From contig JBAZMP010000002.1 of the NCBI GenBank assembly GCA_041649715.1, positions 68,964 to 132,963 on the forward strand: a DNA stretch of 64,000 bases, in the 5' to 3' direction. The notes below the pieces were generated by a model. That model saw only the letters and a list, made by a program, of their open reading frames with translations, was not told where the DNA came from and searched no databases. Made by a program: the position numbers and the translations under genes. Below, in pieces: positions 29,429 through 39,797 of this stretch; position 1 is the first letter of the stretch, and each line of letters opens with the position of its first letter. The DNA is from Patescibacteria group bacterium (GTDB lineage: Bacteria; Patescibacteriota; Patescibacteriia; JAXHNJ01).

Positions 29429-30466
29429 TTGTCCGGCTTAACAAACACCCGTTTTTGTGAGAAGATATTATTACTTATGTTGATTTTTCTACATGGTCCG
29501 GATACTTACCGGTCAAGACAGAGGTTAAAATTTTATAAAGAGGGTTTTAAAAAGAAATATGACCCCCGGGGTTTGAATATTGAGGTCCTGGCGGGCGAAA
29601 AACTGACCTTGGCTGAATTCCAAAAGAAGTTGTCAAGTAAGGGGTTACTAGCCCAAAAAAGGCTGGTCGTGGTGGAAGAGCTGATCAGCAAGAACAAAAG
29701 CAAAAAAATCCAGGAGGAGCTCGCTGACTACCTTAAAAAAAATCCGCCCGACAGCGATCAGGTCCTGGTTTTTTGGGAGGGGAATATAGGGGGAGGGCGA
29801 AAGAAAGGCAGGCGGATAAAAGAGGCCAGCGGCCAGCTTTTAGATTTATTAGCGGATAAAGCAAAGGTCGAGGAATTCCCGCTTTTGTCCGGCGCCGCTT
29901 TGGCTAAATGGGTCAGGGAAGAAGTGACCCGGCGCCAGGGCAGAATAGCGCCCGATGCCTTTGAGCTATTGATCGTCTTGGTGGGCAGCGACCTGTGGGA
30001 AATGGTCAACGAAATTGAAAAGCTGGTAAACTTTAAAAACGGAAAGATCATCACTAAGGAGGAAGTGGGCGAATTTGTCAAAGCGGGTTTTGATACGGAT
30101 ATTTTTAAGCTTTCTGACGCTCTGGCGGAAAGAAGGTTGAAGGTCGCCTTAAAGCTTATTCACGATCAGATAGAAAGCGGAGAAAACGTCCTCTATCTAT
30201 TGACCATGCTGACCCGTCAGTTCCGCATCCTGCTTTTGGTCAAGGAAACTTCTAAAGAAGAAAACAATACATATGCCGTCGCTTCACGCTTGGGCCTTCA
30301 TCCTTTTGTTTGCCAAAAAGCCCTGTCCCAGGTGAAAAATTTCAGCCTGACTGAATTAAAAAATATTTACCAGAAACTGCTGGAAATAGACATTAAGATA
30401 AAAACCAGCCAGGCGGAACCGAAAGTCCTGTTTGATATGTTCATTTTTGAAGTGTGTAAGGTTTGA
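29429..30466 (+). CDS. holA: DNA polymerase III delta subunit
   Basis: 345 aa with LIFLHGPDTYRSRQ...LVVVEE, an AAA+-like delta N-domain, and a helical C-terminal domain. The start may be the internal Met at about 29477. Confidence 0.7.
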   Translation: MSGLTNTRFCEKILLLMLIFLHGPDTYRSRQRLKFYKEGFKKKYDPRGLNIEVLAGEKLTLAEFQKKLSSKGLLAQKRLVVVEELISKNKSKKIQEELADYLKKNPPDSDQVLVFWEGNIGGGRKKGRRIKEASGQLLDLLADKAKVEEFPLLSGAALAKWVREEVTRRQGRIAPDAFELLIVLVGSDLWEMVNEIEKLVNFKNGKIITKEEVGEFVKAGFDTDIFKLSDALAERRLKVALKLIHDQIESGENVLYLLTMLTRQFRILLLVKETSKEENNTYAVASRLGLHPFVCQKALSQVKNFSLTELKNIYQKLLEIDIKIKTSQAEPKVLFDMFIFEVCKV

Positions 30467-30611
30467 TTCCCGGTTATGGTTATTGGGTATGGGGCGTGGC
30501 GGTTAGTATGGCCCTAGGGCATGGTTTTAGGGATAAATCCGAAATTCGAAATCCTAAATCCTAAACAGATCCCAATATTTAAATTCCAAAACAAGAAGCT
30601 TGGGTTGCCTC

Positions 30612-30640
30612 TTGACTTTTAATCGTGAATATGCTAGATT
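30612..30640 (+). promoter_or_regulatory. putative promoter upstream of the 30699 gene
   Basis: TTGACT, a 17-nt spacer, then TAGATT. Confidence 0.3.
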
Positions 30641-30698
30641 ATTTTATTATCGGAAAAACCGATAATCATCATTTGCATGGGGCAATGATGCACGAACC

Positions 30699-31268
30699 TT
30701 GAAAGGGGGTTGTCGTATGACGACGAAACACGTTGTCGCAGACGACGTCCTGGGCAGGATCAGCCGGAAGGTCTGGGAACTGATCCGCAGAGTTCTTGAG
30801 GGTTCGGTGGATCCCAAAAGGTCTGCTGAAATCGTTCAGCTGGCGCTTGAGGGAGTACCGGAGCCCAGAGATGAGGGATCAAGCTGGGGAACCTATGTTC
30901 TGGAGTTACATTGGGCGTGGGACAATGGTCATCAGGAGTTTGTGACCATTGGCATAGAGAAGTTCGATCACCCTATTCCCTTCGAGAGGATTATTGATTC
31001 TTCTGCAAAACAGGAGGATAGAGATCAACTTCTAAGAGAGCTCAAAGAAGCCAGTCGCTCAATTGGTCTCAGCGCTCCGATGGGTAGCCCTCGGATGATT
31101 CGGCTCTATCGTGTAGTCCGCGTTGACTATTTCGGCTGGGATCCGAGCTTAAGTTTCGGGACCAGACTAGGGCGAGAAGGAGCAGTGGATCTCCACTTCA
31201 TTTTGAATCCCATCTGTGACTTCGATGACGATGACAAACCGATTCACTGTAGAATCGAGAAGGACTAG
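30699..31268 (+). CDS. hypothetical protein (GC-rich)
   Basis: 189-aa ORF with no recognised domain. Confidence 0.5.
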   Translation: MKGGCRMTTKHVVADDVLGRISRKVWELIRRVLEGSVDPKRSAEIVQLALEGVPEPRDEGSSWGTYVLELHWAWDNGHQEFVTIGIEKFDHPIPFERIIDSSAKQEDRDQLLRELKEASRSIGLSAPMGSPRMIRLYRVVRVDYFGWDPSLSFGTRLGREGAVDLHFILNPICDFDDDDKPIHCRIEKD

Positions 31269-31389
31269 CACTCGATAAGAGTTGGGGCCTGCTTAGTAGC
31301 GAAAGCGAACAGCAGGCATTTTTATTATATTAAATCTTTTTAAAACAAAACAAAAAAGTGGCCTTAAGCCACCTTTTTAATTGAAGAAT

Positions 31390-31659
31390 TTAACTTTTGA
31401 GTAAGGCGTTCAGCTTTTTCGAAAGCCTTGATTTTTTCCGGCCGGCGGTATTTTTTTTCAGATAGCCGTTTGAGGCGGCCTTGTCATAGGCCTTGATCAA
31501 TTTTTTGGCCAGCTCTCCCGCTTTGGCCTTATCTTTTTTCTCGCAGGATTGGCGGAAAGCAACTGACATTTTTTTTATCGCATTAATGACCGTCAGGTTT
31601 CTGGCCCGTCTTTTTTTTGCTTGACGCAGGTCCTTAAAAGCCGCTTTTTGTATGGGCAT
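31390..31659 (-). CDS. rpsT: 30S ribosomal protein S20
   Basis: 89-aa basic protein, ...FKDLRQAKKRRARNLTVINAIKKM...KLIKAYDKAASNGYLKKNTAGRKKSRLSK. A terminator lies at 31353-31380. Confidence 0.9.
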   Translation of the reverse strand: MPIQKAAFKDLRQAKKRRARNLTVINAIKKMSVAFRQSCEKKDKAKAGELAKKLIKAYDKAASNGYLKKNTAGRKKSRLSKKLNALLKS

Positions 31660-31833
31660 AAATATATTTATGGGTTAATTAGGTTAAAACTATTGTAGCA
31701 CAGAATCCTTTCTTTTTCAAGATTTTATGACCTTTGTTATATTTGACGGGAAACAACTTTAGATATAAGATTTAATTTCTCTTTCAAGGAGAGTCCTTTT
31801 CATTTTAAAGTGTGCCTAAAAGGAGGTTTGGTT

Positions 31834-33321
31834 ATGAGTGGTCATTTTGGGATGTTTAACGGGGATAAACAGCTTAAGTCGGAGAGATTGGTTTCTTTGT
31901 GCCGTTTGGGAGCGACTTCGATTCAGCACCGGGGTCCGGGCTGGACGGGTGTCTCCTATACGAATGGTGACCGGGTTTGGGCCGACGATAAGGCGCCAAA
32001 AAAAGTGGAAGATTTCATGACGGAAAGCCTGATGAAAAAGATTTTATCAGACGAGCCGGTCGCTTTAGCCATCCATGTCCAGCAATCCTTAAAGGGAATG
32101 CGGGGCAAGATTGACGCTCAACATCACTATGTTCGGGGTGCCCACGGTACCTGGAGTCTTTCGACAGACGGCGCGATTCCGAGAGTCGATGAGCTCAGGG
32201 AACAGCTGAAAAGAGAAAAAGTGCCTTTTTATGGGCATTCAACCGCCGAGTTTTTGCTTCTTTCCATTCTGCACATTTACGAAAGCGGTTCGAGTGATCT
32301 CATCAAGGCCATGACCCAGGTGATGAATAAAACGGTCGGCGTTTTTTCCGCCTGTTTAATGACCGGAGAAGCGGCTTATCTCTTCCGTGACCGGTTTGCC
32401 GGCCAGCCTTTCTGGTTAGCCAGATTCGGCTCGGTCTACGTCTGGGCTTCCGAGTCTTGCGCCATTGACCAAATGCGGTGGGTTCTAGGCGAACCCGAAC
32501 TTTTCCGGGTTATCCGGCCAGGAGAGATTATTCGGATTGATTGTCGGGATAACTTCGACAGCATTCAAGCGGTGGAGCCGTCTCGGCCTTTGAAGCGATG
32601 CATCTTCAATCCCGTTTATACGGCGCGGCCGGACAGTCTGATCGAAAACTATGAAATTGTCGACTGGCAATCAAGGATGGCTTTGATTAAGGAGGGTAGG
32701 GTTTCCACCATCGGTACGCATCGGATGAGAGCCGCCCAGTTTTCGTTCGGCCAGAGGGAACTGCCGGAAAATTCCATCATCATCTCGGTTCCGGCTTCCG
32801 GCGATTTCTACCAGGATGGTTTGTCCCAAGCCTCTGGCTTAGCCATGCATCATGGCATCGTCAGAAATCCTTACGTTGGCCGAACTTTTTTGGGCCCTTT
32901 CCAGGAAGCCAGGGAAGAAATGGCTTTGTTGAAATTCAACCCCTTGCCGGATTTATTCGTCGGCCATCCGAATGTGGTGGTCACCGACGATTCAATCGTC
33001 CGGGGAACGAATTTCAAGAAGATTTGTTGGATGCTCCGTCATTGCGGCGCAAAAAATATCCAGCTGCGGATCGGTTCGCCGCCCTACATCGGCGTCTGCC
33101 ATTACGGCGGTGATACCCGGACCGAAGAGGAATTATTCGCCAATCAGTGTCGGGGTGAAGATGCCCAAGTCGATATCGTCCGCCTCGCCAAGGAGATTGG
33201 CGCCGATAGCGTGGAGTATCTTACCCTGGAGAATTTAAAGAAATGTATCGGCTTGATTTCAAATCCTGATGATTACTGCTATTCCTGCTTTGACTGCCAG
33301 AGATGGCACGAGGAGGTTTGA
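31834..33321 (+). CDS. amidophosphoribosyltransferase (PurF)-like protein with a class-II glutamine amidotransferase domain and a PRTase domain; the N-terminal nucleophile Cys is replaced by Ser
   Basis: A GGAGG Shine-Dalgarno sequence lies 8 nt before the ATG at 31834. MSGHFGMFNG aligns with the CGV(F/V)GI of PurF. The PRTase motif VVVTDDSIVRGTN and C-terminal Cys ligands (C...DYCYSCFDC) resemble Fe-S type PurF. Confidence 0.7.
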   Translation: MSGHFGMFNGDKQLKSERLVSLCRLGATSIQHRGPGWTGVSYTNGDRVWADDKAPKKVEDFMTESLMKKILSDEPVALAIHVQQSLKGMRGKIDAQHHYVRGAHGTWSLSTDGAIPRVDELREQLKREKVPFYGHSTAEFLLLSILHIYESGSSDLIKAMTQVMNKTVGVFSACLMTGEAAYLFRDRFAGQPFWLARFGSVYVWASESCAIDQMRWVLGEPELFRVIRPGEIIRIDCRDNFDSIQAVEPSRPLKRCIFNPVYTARPDSLIENYEIVDWQSRMALIKEGRVSTIGTHRMRAAQFSFGQRELPENSIIISVPASGDFYQDGLSQASGLAMHHGIVRNPYVGRTFLGPFQEAREEMALLKFNPLPDLFVGHPNVVVTDDSIVRGTNFKKICWMLRHCGAKNIQLRIGSPPYIGVCHYGGDTRTEEELFANQCRGEDAQVDIVRLAKEIGADSVEYLTLENLKKCIGLISNPDDYCYSCFDCQRWHEEV

Positions 33322-33552
33322 TCTTTTTCAGCAGACGGCGGCTCCGCAAAGCGAGAGCCGCCTTTTTTTGCCTGATTGACATTTATTAATAATTTTTGTA
33401 AGGTTAGGGCAATATTTATGAGATGTGGAGGGTTGAACTTTGACATTTTTTTGTTTATTTCAGCGAAAAAGTGGCTAAGGAGGTGACGGCGATAAGGTTA
33501 GTCTAAATCCGGTAAAGTCGGCACAGTTGTTTACAGCAAGGAGGTCAGCGAA

Positions 33553-34158
33553 ATGAAGACGGAAGTGTTCGTAGAATTTTTCCTGGCGCGGCTCGATTAC
33601 ATGCTCAATTACTGGAAAGAAATCGGCGTCAACGACATCTTGCGGTTGCCCAAGTGGTTCAATCTCCAGGCCCTTTACGATAGGAAAGGCGGAGTATTTC
33701 CTCTTAACGATCTTCGGAAGATGATCGCCGAGGTATCGGAAAAGGCAAGCGCGGATGAGCTGGAAGGTTTTTTCCGCGGTTTGATCGCGGCCATCAGGTT
33801 GCTGGACCTGTCGATAGACTTCGACGAGAAAGACCAGGTCGTCCAGAAAAGAAAGGAATCAAGAGGCGAAGCTGGCCAAGCCGCCGAAAAAGGGGAAGGA
33901 GGCTTTCCCAAGAGCGAGAGAATGCAAACCATGGCCGAGGCCTGGCAAGCCTATTCGCCAGGTCCGTCCGGAGAAACTCTCAGGCAAACCTTGGCTCGTT
34001 CACTCAATACCTTCGAAGGGAAAGAGTGGAATAATGAGATGACCAAGGCTTTGAAGGCAGCCGGCACAAGGAAAATACAGGTCGGGTACTCTGACCAGGG
34101 TAATTTCAGAAATTCCGCGGCTCTGAGAGGATTGCTCAAATCCAAGTCCGGGCTTTAG
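33553..34158 (+). CDS. hypothetical protein
   Basis: 201 aa with AAGGAGG before the ATG, lying immediately upstream of the sigma-factor gene. Confidence 0.55.
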   Translation: MKTEVFVEFFLARLDYMLNYWKEIGVNDILRLPKWFNLQALYDRKGGVFPLNDLRKMIAEVSEKASADELEGFFRGLIAAIRLLDLSIDFDEKDQVVQKRKESRGEAGQAAEKGEGGFPKSERMQTMAEAWQAYSPGPSGETLRQTLARSLNTFEGKEWNNEMTKALKAAGTRKIQVGYSDQGNFRNSAALRGLLKSKSGL

Positions 34159-34202
34159 ATTAGTCACTCGTTTCTCCAGAAAAATTAAAGGAGGTGAGAT
34201 AG

Positions 34203-36119
34203 TTGGCTCAGACGGAATTGGGGAGAAGAATCGAGAAGAAATTCGGCAAGCAGCCGATCGATGACATCCTACGCCAAGTTTTTCGGATGACTGAGGGCGA
34301 CATTGATAAAATGTTGCGTTCTATTGATGAGCCGGAACTGACCCGGCCGATTCTGGAACAGGCCTTGCGTAATCTTGGCCTCCTCTCTTCTTCTCCCCGT
34401 CCGGCCAATCAGCGGGAGAAGAAAGCGACAAAATCACCAACCCCGCCTGAAGATAGGAGAGATGAAAGTCTGACTTTGGCCGAGGCTTTGCGCTTGGCCC
34501 AAAGGAAGGCCAAAGGCAAGGGTTTTTTGCTTGTTTCTGAGATCGACCAGATCGCCCGCCGCTTGTTTTCTTCCGGTGACCACGCTCTGCTTCTGGAATC
34601 CCTGGAGGTTTGGCTGGAGGAAAACGGTTTTGTAAGCTATGAGTCGCTGGAAGAAGCGCGTCTGGCCATCAAAACGCGGGCCGTTAAGCGCGTTAAGAGC
34701 CTCTCGTCTTTCTGGTCAAACGATCTTGTCCGTCTCTATCTAAGCGAGACCAAAAAAACGCCGTTGCTCAACCGCGAGCAAGAAGAGTCTCTAGGTCGCC
34801 GGATGGAGGAAGCCATCTTGGAAATTTTTTCCTTTTTGGCTCTTTCCCAGGTGACCTACACTTTTTTAAGGAGAATCAGCGAAAGCTTGCGGTCTAGTCC
34901 GGCTCTGCTGACCGACGTATTCGTCACCGAACAAAAAGGGCGCATGCCCTCTGCTCTGCAGCTGGAACGGAAGAGAAAAGCGGCCATCGCGGGACTTAAG
35001 GAGTTGTGTCACGAAGGCGAAGCTTTTTTGCGTCTTAAGAGCCAGTCTAAAGGCTGGGCCGGCAGACGCCAGGCAATGGTTGATCTTTTGGTCAGGCAGG
35101 ACTTTCAGCCGGATTTTATCGAGACCCTGATGGTTCACGTCATGAAAAATCACACCACGCACTTGCTCGATACGAGGGATCCGGGAGAGTTCAAAAGCGG
35201 TCTAAGAAAGGCAATGACCGTTCTAGATGAGGCCAGGCATAATTTCATCGTCGCCAATGTCCGGCTGGTCATCAGTATCGCCAAGCATTATCTCGGCCAT
35301 GGTCTGGAATTCCTGGATCTTATTCAGGAAGGCAATCTCGGTCTGATGCACGCGGTGGAGAGGTATGATTACCGCAAAGGTTTCAAATTCTCCACTTACG
35401 CCACTTGGTGGATTCGCCAGTCGATGTCCAGGGCGCTCGCCAACCAATCGAGGACCATCCGGGTGCCGGTCCACATGATCGGGCATATTAACAAAGTAAA
35501 CCGGGTAATTCGTTATTTGCAGAAGACAACCGGTCGGTTGGAGTTCGAACCCAAGGAAATTGCCAAACACCTTTTTGGATATTCGGCGGAAAAAGTGGCC
35601 CAAGTTCTAAAAGCCGACGCCCGAATGATTTCTCTTCATGGTTTGATTAGTCCCGATGCAGACGGGGATGAACTGATTGATTTTCTGCCTGATCGGAATG
35701 CGGTCAGCCCGATAGATGAGGCAGAACAAGCCAGTATCCGGCAGAAACTGGAGGCCTTGCTCGAATACTTAAAGGACAACGAAGCCTTGATCATCTGTTT
35801 GCGGTTCGGCTTATGCACCGAGTGGTCGCTGGACGGAGTGGGGCCCAGCGTAAGAGCCATCGAGATTAAGGAACTAAAAGAAGAAGTTGAACTACTGGTT
35901 GAACATCACAAAAAGGGCAGCTACCTCACCTTGGAGGAAGTGGGCGCCATCCTTAGTCTTACACGGGAGAGAATCCGGCAGATCGAGGTCAAGGCGATCG
36001 TAAAGCTTCGTCACCCCAGCCTTAATCACCCGAAGAAAGCAGCCATTGTCCGCGATCTGTACGCTCTCTACCATTCAGAAGTGGAAAACGATCTTTTTAG
36101 CGGAGGAAGAAAAATATAA
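34203..36119 (+). CDS. rpoD: RNA polymerase sigma-70 family factor (primary-like, with a long N-terminal extension)
   Basis: Region 2 (FIVANVRLVISIAKHYLGHGLEFLDLIQEGNLGLMHAVERYDYRKGFKFSTYATWWIRQ) and region 4 (LTLEEVGAILSLTRERIRQIEVKAIVKLRH). TTG start with AGGAGG upstream. Confidence 0.9.
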   Translation: MAQTELGRRIEKKFGKQPIDDILRQVFRMTEGDIDKMLRSIDEPELTRPILEQALRNLGLLSSSPRPANQREKKATKSPTPPEDRRDESLTLAEALRLAQRKAKGKGFLLVSEIDQIARRLFSSGDHALLLESLEVWLEENGFVSYESLEEARLAIKTRAVKRVKSLSSFWSNDLVRLYLSETKKTPLLNREQEESLGRRMEEAILEIFSFLALSQVTYTFLRRISESLRSSPALLTDVFVTEQKGRMPSALQLERKRKAAIAGLKELCHEGEAFLRLKSQSKGWAGRRQAMVDLLVRQDFQPDFIETLMVHVMKNHTTHLLDTRDPGEFKSGLRKAMTVLDEARHNFIVANVRLVISIAKHYLGHGLEFLDLIQEGNLGLMHAVERYDYRKGFKFSTYATWWIRQSMSRALANQSRTIRVPVHMIGHINKVNRVIRYLQKTTGRLEFEPKEIAKHLFGYSAEKVAQVLKADARMISLHGLISPDADGDELIDFLPDRNAVSPIDEAEQASIRQKLEALLEYLKDNEALIICLRFGLCTEWSLDGVGPSVRAIEIKELKEEVELLVEHHKKGSYLTLEEVGAILSLTRERIRQIEVKAIVKLRHPSLNHPKKAAIVRDLYALYHSEVENDLFSGGRKI

Positions 36120-36182
36120 TTGATAAGGACCCGATTCCCTTGACGGAGCGGGCCCTTTTTTATCCCATTATAAATCGCATTT

Positions 36183-38165
36183 CTAACGGGATTCCTTCTT
36201 AATTTGATTTTTTATTTCGGCTATTTCATCCCGTAAACTGGCCGCTTTTTCAAATTCCAGGTTTTTGGCGGCTAGGTTCATCTGGTTTTCCAGATCAAAA
36301 AGCAGATGCGAGATTTCATCTTTGGGAATTTTTTCAATATTCACTTTAGGCAACTCTTCTTCGGCGCGTTTGGCGCCGGCCAGGCGGTCGTCGCGGATGG
36401 CTTTTTGGATGGATTTCGGGGTGATGCGATGTTTTTTATTATATTCTTCCTGGTATTTTCTCCGGCGGTTGGTTTCCATAATAGCCGCTTTCATCGAGCC
36501 GGTGATTTTATCGGCATACATGATGATATGACCTTCCTGGTGGCGGGCGGCCCGGCCCATGGTTTGAATTAAAGCCGTGTCGGTTCTTAAGAATCCTTCT
36601 TTATCCGCGTCCAAAATGGCGATTAAAGTCACTTCCGGCAGATCCAAGCCTTCGCGGAGCAGATTTATGCCTACTAACACGTCGTATTTTCCGGTGCGCA
36701 GATCTCTTAAAATTTCCAGGCGCTCGAAAGTGTCAATCTCCGAGTGGAGATAATGGACGCTGACATTGGCTTCTTTTAAATATTCGGCCAGCTCCTCGGC
36801 CAGTCTTTTGGTCAGAGTTGTCACAAGTACCCGTTGTTTTTTCTTGACCCTTTCTTTAATCTGATGGATCAGGTCATCAATCTGGTTTTTGGTCGGCTTG
36901 ACCTCAATGGTCGGGTCGAGCAGGCCGGTCGGCCGCAGAAGTTGTTCGACTATTTGCTTCGATTTTTGTAGTTCATAAGGAGCCGGGGTCGCTGAAGTAT
37001 AGATAACCTGATTGATTTTTTGGCTGAATTCCTCAAATTTTAAGGGCCGGTTATCCAGGGCCGAAGGCAGCCGGAAACCGTATTCAATCAGGACTTTTTT
37101 CCGGGAGCGGTCGCCCTCGTACATGCCGCCTACTTGGGGCACGGTCATGTGGGATTCGTCAATGAACATTAAGAAGTTTTTAGGAAAGTAATCAAGAAGA
37201 GTGAAAGGCGCCTGCCCGGGGTTCCGGCCGTCAAAATAGCGGGAATAGTTTTCAATCCCGGCACAAAAACCGGTGTTTTTTATCATTTCCAGATCAAAAT
37301 TTGTTCTCTGGGTAAGCCGTTCGGCCTCCAAGGGCTTATTTTGTTTTTTAAATTCCGTCCGGCGCAAGGTCAGGTCTTTCTTGATTTGCGAGATCGCTTC
37401 CTCCTGATTTTCCGGCGGGGTGACATAGTGGGAGGCCGGAAAAATTTTGACATCATTTATGACCTGCAAAGTATCCGAGGTCAGAGGATCAAAAAGAGAA
37501 ATTTTTTCCACCGTATCGCCGGCGAATTCGATCCGGTAAGCTTCTTCCCGGAGTGAGGCCGGATAAATATCAATGACGTCGCCACGGATACGGAAAGTGC
37601 CCCGCTTGAAATCAATATCGTTTCTTTGATACTGAATATTGGCCAGCTGCTTTAAAAAATGAGAGCGTCTTATTATTTCGCCTTTTTTTATTTTAACGCT
37701 TAGATTCAGGTAAGCGGCCGGGGCGCCAAGATTATAGATACAGGAAACTGAAGCGACAATAATGACGTCTTTTCTGGTTAGCAGATCCGTGGTGGCCGCA
37801 TGCCTAAGGCGGTCGATTTCTTCGTTGATCTGGGTCTCTTTTTCGATATAGGTGTCAGTGCGGGGGATGTAGGCTTCAGGCTGGTAATAATCGTAATAGG
37901 AAACAAAATAATTGACGGCATTTTTCGGGAAAAATTCCCGAAATTCCGAGGCAAGCTGAGCGGCCAGGGTTTTATTGTGCGAGATGATCAGGGTCGGCCT
38001 CTGGACGGCCGCGATGATGTTGGCCATGGTAAATGTTTTGCCCGACCCGGTCACGCCTAAAAGAGTCTGGTCGCGATATTTTTTAGCCAAGCCCGCCACC
38101 AGTTTATTTATGGCTTGGGGCTGGTCGCCTTTGGGCTTGAATTTTGCCTGCAGAAGAAATTTCAT
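36183..38165 (-). CDS. uvrB: excinuclease ABC subunit B
   Basis: 660 aa with ...[18 protein letters not shown]..., helicase motifs, and a C-terminal UvrB/UvrC interaction helix (...[13 protein letters not shown]). Confidence 0.95.
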   Translation of the reverse strand: MKFLLQAKFKPKGDQPQAINKLVAGLAKKYRDQTLLGVTGSGKTFTMANIIAAVQRPTLIISHNKTLAAQLASEFREFFPKNAVNYFVSYYDYYQPEAYIPRTDTYIEKETQINEEIDRLRHAATTDLLTRKDVIIVASVSCIYNLGAPAAYLNLSVKIKKGEIIRRSHFLKQLANIQYQRNDIDFKRGTFRIRGDVIDIYPASLREEAYRIEFAGDTVEKISLFDPLTSDTLQVINDVKIFPASHYVTPPENQEEAISQIKKDLTLRRTEFKKQNKPLEAERLTQRTNFDLEMIKNTGFCAGIENYSRYFDGRNPGQAPFTLLDYFPKNFLMFIDESHMTVPQVGGMYEGDRSRKKVLIEYGFRLPSALDNRPLKFEEFSQKINQVIYTSATPAPYELQKSKQIVEQLLRPTGLLDPTIEVKPTKNQIDDLIHQIKERVKKKQRVLVTTLTKRLAEELAEYLKEANVSVHYLHSEIDTFERLEILRDLRTGKYDVLVGINLLREGLDLPEVTLIAILDADKEGFLRTDTALIQTMGRAARHQEGHIIMYADKITGSMKAAIMETNRRRKYQEEYNKKHRITPKSIQKAIRDDRLAGAKRAEEELPKVNIEKIPKDEISHLLFDLENQMNLAAKNLEFEKAASLRDEIAEIKNQIKKESR

Positions 38166-38167
38166 AT

Positions 38168-39655
38168 TTATCGTCCGGCGGCGCGGGTTAATCTTTTTAT
38201 TTTTCCGGCCAAAGCGGGCGTCAGTCGATTAGCCGGACAGCGCCAGCGCCAATTATTCTTGTTAGTGGCCGGTCTGTTGAAGCGGGCCTCGGCGCCTAAA
38301 TCAAGAAAATCCTGGAGGGGCGTGATAAAAGTCTCTATTTTGGATTTTAGGCCGGCTTCGATTAATTTCCGGGTAAAATTGGTTTTTAAGGCCTTTAAAT
38401 ATTTTAAGGCGAATTTCCGGTGGTAAGAGTAGCTGGATTTTTCCAGCCAGCCCCTGGCGGTATCTGTGTCGTGGTTGCCGGTATAGGCGACGCCGCGAAC
38501 GGGAAAATTCGGCAAAAAGTGAAAATTATCTTTTTCGCCGCTGAAACCAAAAAGCATGACCCGCATGCCGGGAAATTTGAATTTTTCCCTTAAACGGATA
38601 ACTTCGGGAGTGATCAACCCGAGATCTTCAGCGACAATGGGTAACCGCCCCAGTTTTTTTCTTAGCGTATAAAAAAGCTTATCTCCCGGCACCTTGACCC
38701 AGCGGCCAAGGCGGCCGTCTTTTCGGCCGTATTTGATGAACCATAAATCTTGATAGCCTCGGAAATGATCGACACGAATCAAATCGTAGAGGCGGAAAGC
38801 CTGTTGAAAACGGTTAACCTGCCAGGCAAATCTGGTTTTTTGTATGGCTTTCCAGTCGTATTGAGGATTGTTCCAGATTTGGCCCCAACGGCTGAAGTAA
38901 TCGGGTGGCACTCCGCCGACGTAAAACGGCCGGTTCTTTCTGTTCAATAAAAATAATTTCCGGTTGGCCCAGACGTCAACGCTGTCCAAGATAACAAAAA
39001 ACGGCAGGTCGCCGAATATTTTCACGCCTTTTTGATTGGCATATTTTTTTAAAGCCAACCACTGGCCAAAGAAAATCCACTGCTCGTATTTATAAAAATC
39101 AATCAACCTATCCAATTTTTTCTGCCAGACGGACATAACTTTTTGATCTCTGTTCGCCAATGGTTTCGGCCAGCGGGACCAGGGCCGGCCGCGGAAATGA
39201 TCCTTTAAGGCCATGAAAAAAGCGTAATCGGAGAGCCAGGCCTTTTCCTTTTTTTGGAAAGCCAGATATCTTTTTTTCTGTAATTTATTGCTTTGGCGGT
39301 AGAAAAATTCATAGGATTTCTTGAGGAGGATTAATCTCTGTTTTTTTATGAGATCATATTGAGCGGGTTTAACCGGCAGTCTCGGCGGCAAGTCCTTTTT
39401 AGCGAGCAGATTGTCTTTTACCAGCTTTTCCGGGCTGATCAAAAGCCAGTTACCGGCCATGGCGGAAGAGGAAGCGTAGGGGCTGCCGATATTATCATAA
39501 TCATCCGGAATATTAAGGGGCAGGATTTCCCAGATTTTTTGGCCGGATTTTTCCAGGAAATCGACAAATTGAAAAGCAGCCGAGCCAAAATCGCCCAGAC
39601 CGTAAGGACTGGGTAGACAAGTGGGGTGAAGTAAAATACCGGATGATCGTTTCAT
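38168..39655 (-). CDS. malQ: 4-alpha-glucanotransferase (amylomaltase, GH77)
   Basis: 495 aa, [24 protein letters not shown]..., with the GH77 catalytic motifs (RVDHFRG; LGDLPF; AEDLG). Confidence 0.85.
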   Translation of the reverse strand: MKRSSGILLHPTCLPSPYGLGDFGSAAFQFVDFLEKSGQKIWEILPLNIPDDYDNIGSPYASSSAMAGNWLLISPEKLVKDNLLAKKDLPPRLPVKPAQYDLIKKQRLILLKKSYEFFYRQSNKLQKKRYLAFQKKEKAWLSDYAFFMALKDHFRGRPWSRWPKPLANRDQKVMSVWQKKLDRLIDFYKYEQWIFFGQWLALKKYANQKGVKIFGDLPFFVILDSVDVWANRKLFLLNRKNRPFYVGGVPPDYFSRWGQIWNNPQYDWKAIQKTRFAWQVNRFQQAFRLYDLIRVDHFRGYQDLWFIKYGRKDGRLGRWVKVPGDKLFYTLRKKLGRLPIVAEDLGLITPEVIRLREKFKFPGMRVMLFGFSGEKDNFHFLPNFPVRGVAYTGNHDTDTARGWLEKSSYSYHRKFALKYLKALKTNFTRKLIEAGLKSKIETFITPLQDFLDLGAEARFNRPATNKNNWRWRCPANRLTPALAGKIKRLTRAAGR

Positions 39656-39797
39656 ATCCCTTAATGATATAGGAAGATTGCATATTTGACAATTATATAT
39701 TTATTTGGTATAATATATTTAGTTAGTAACTAAACTGATAAATTCAAATTTATCCCCGTTTTCTCCCATCATTATTTACTCCAAAATATTATAAAAT

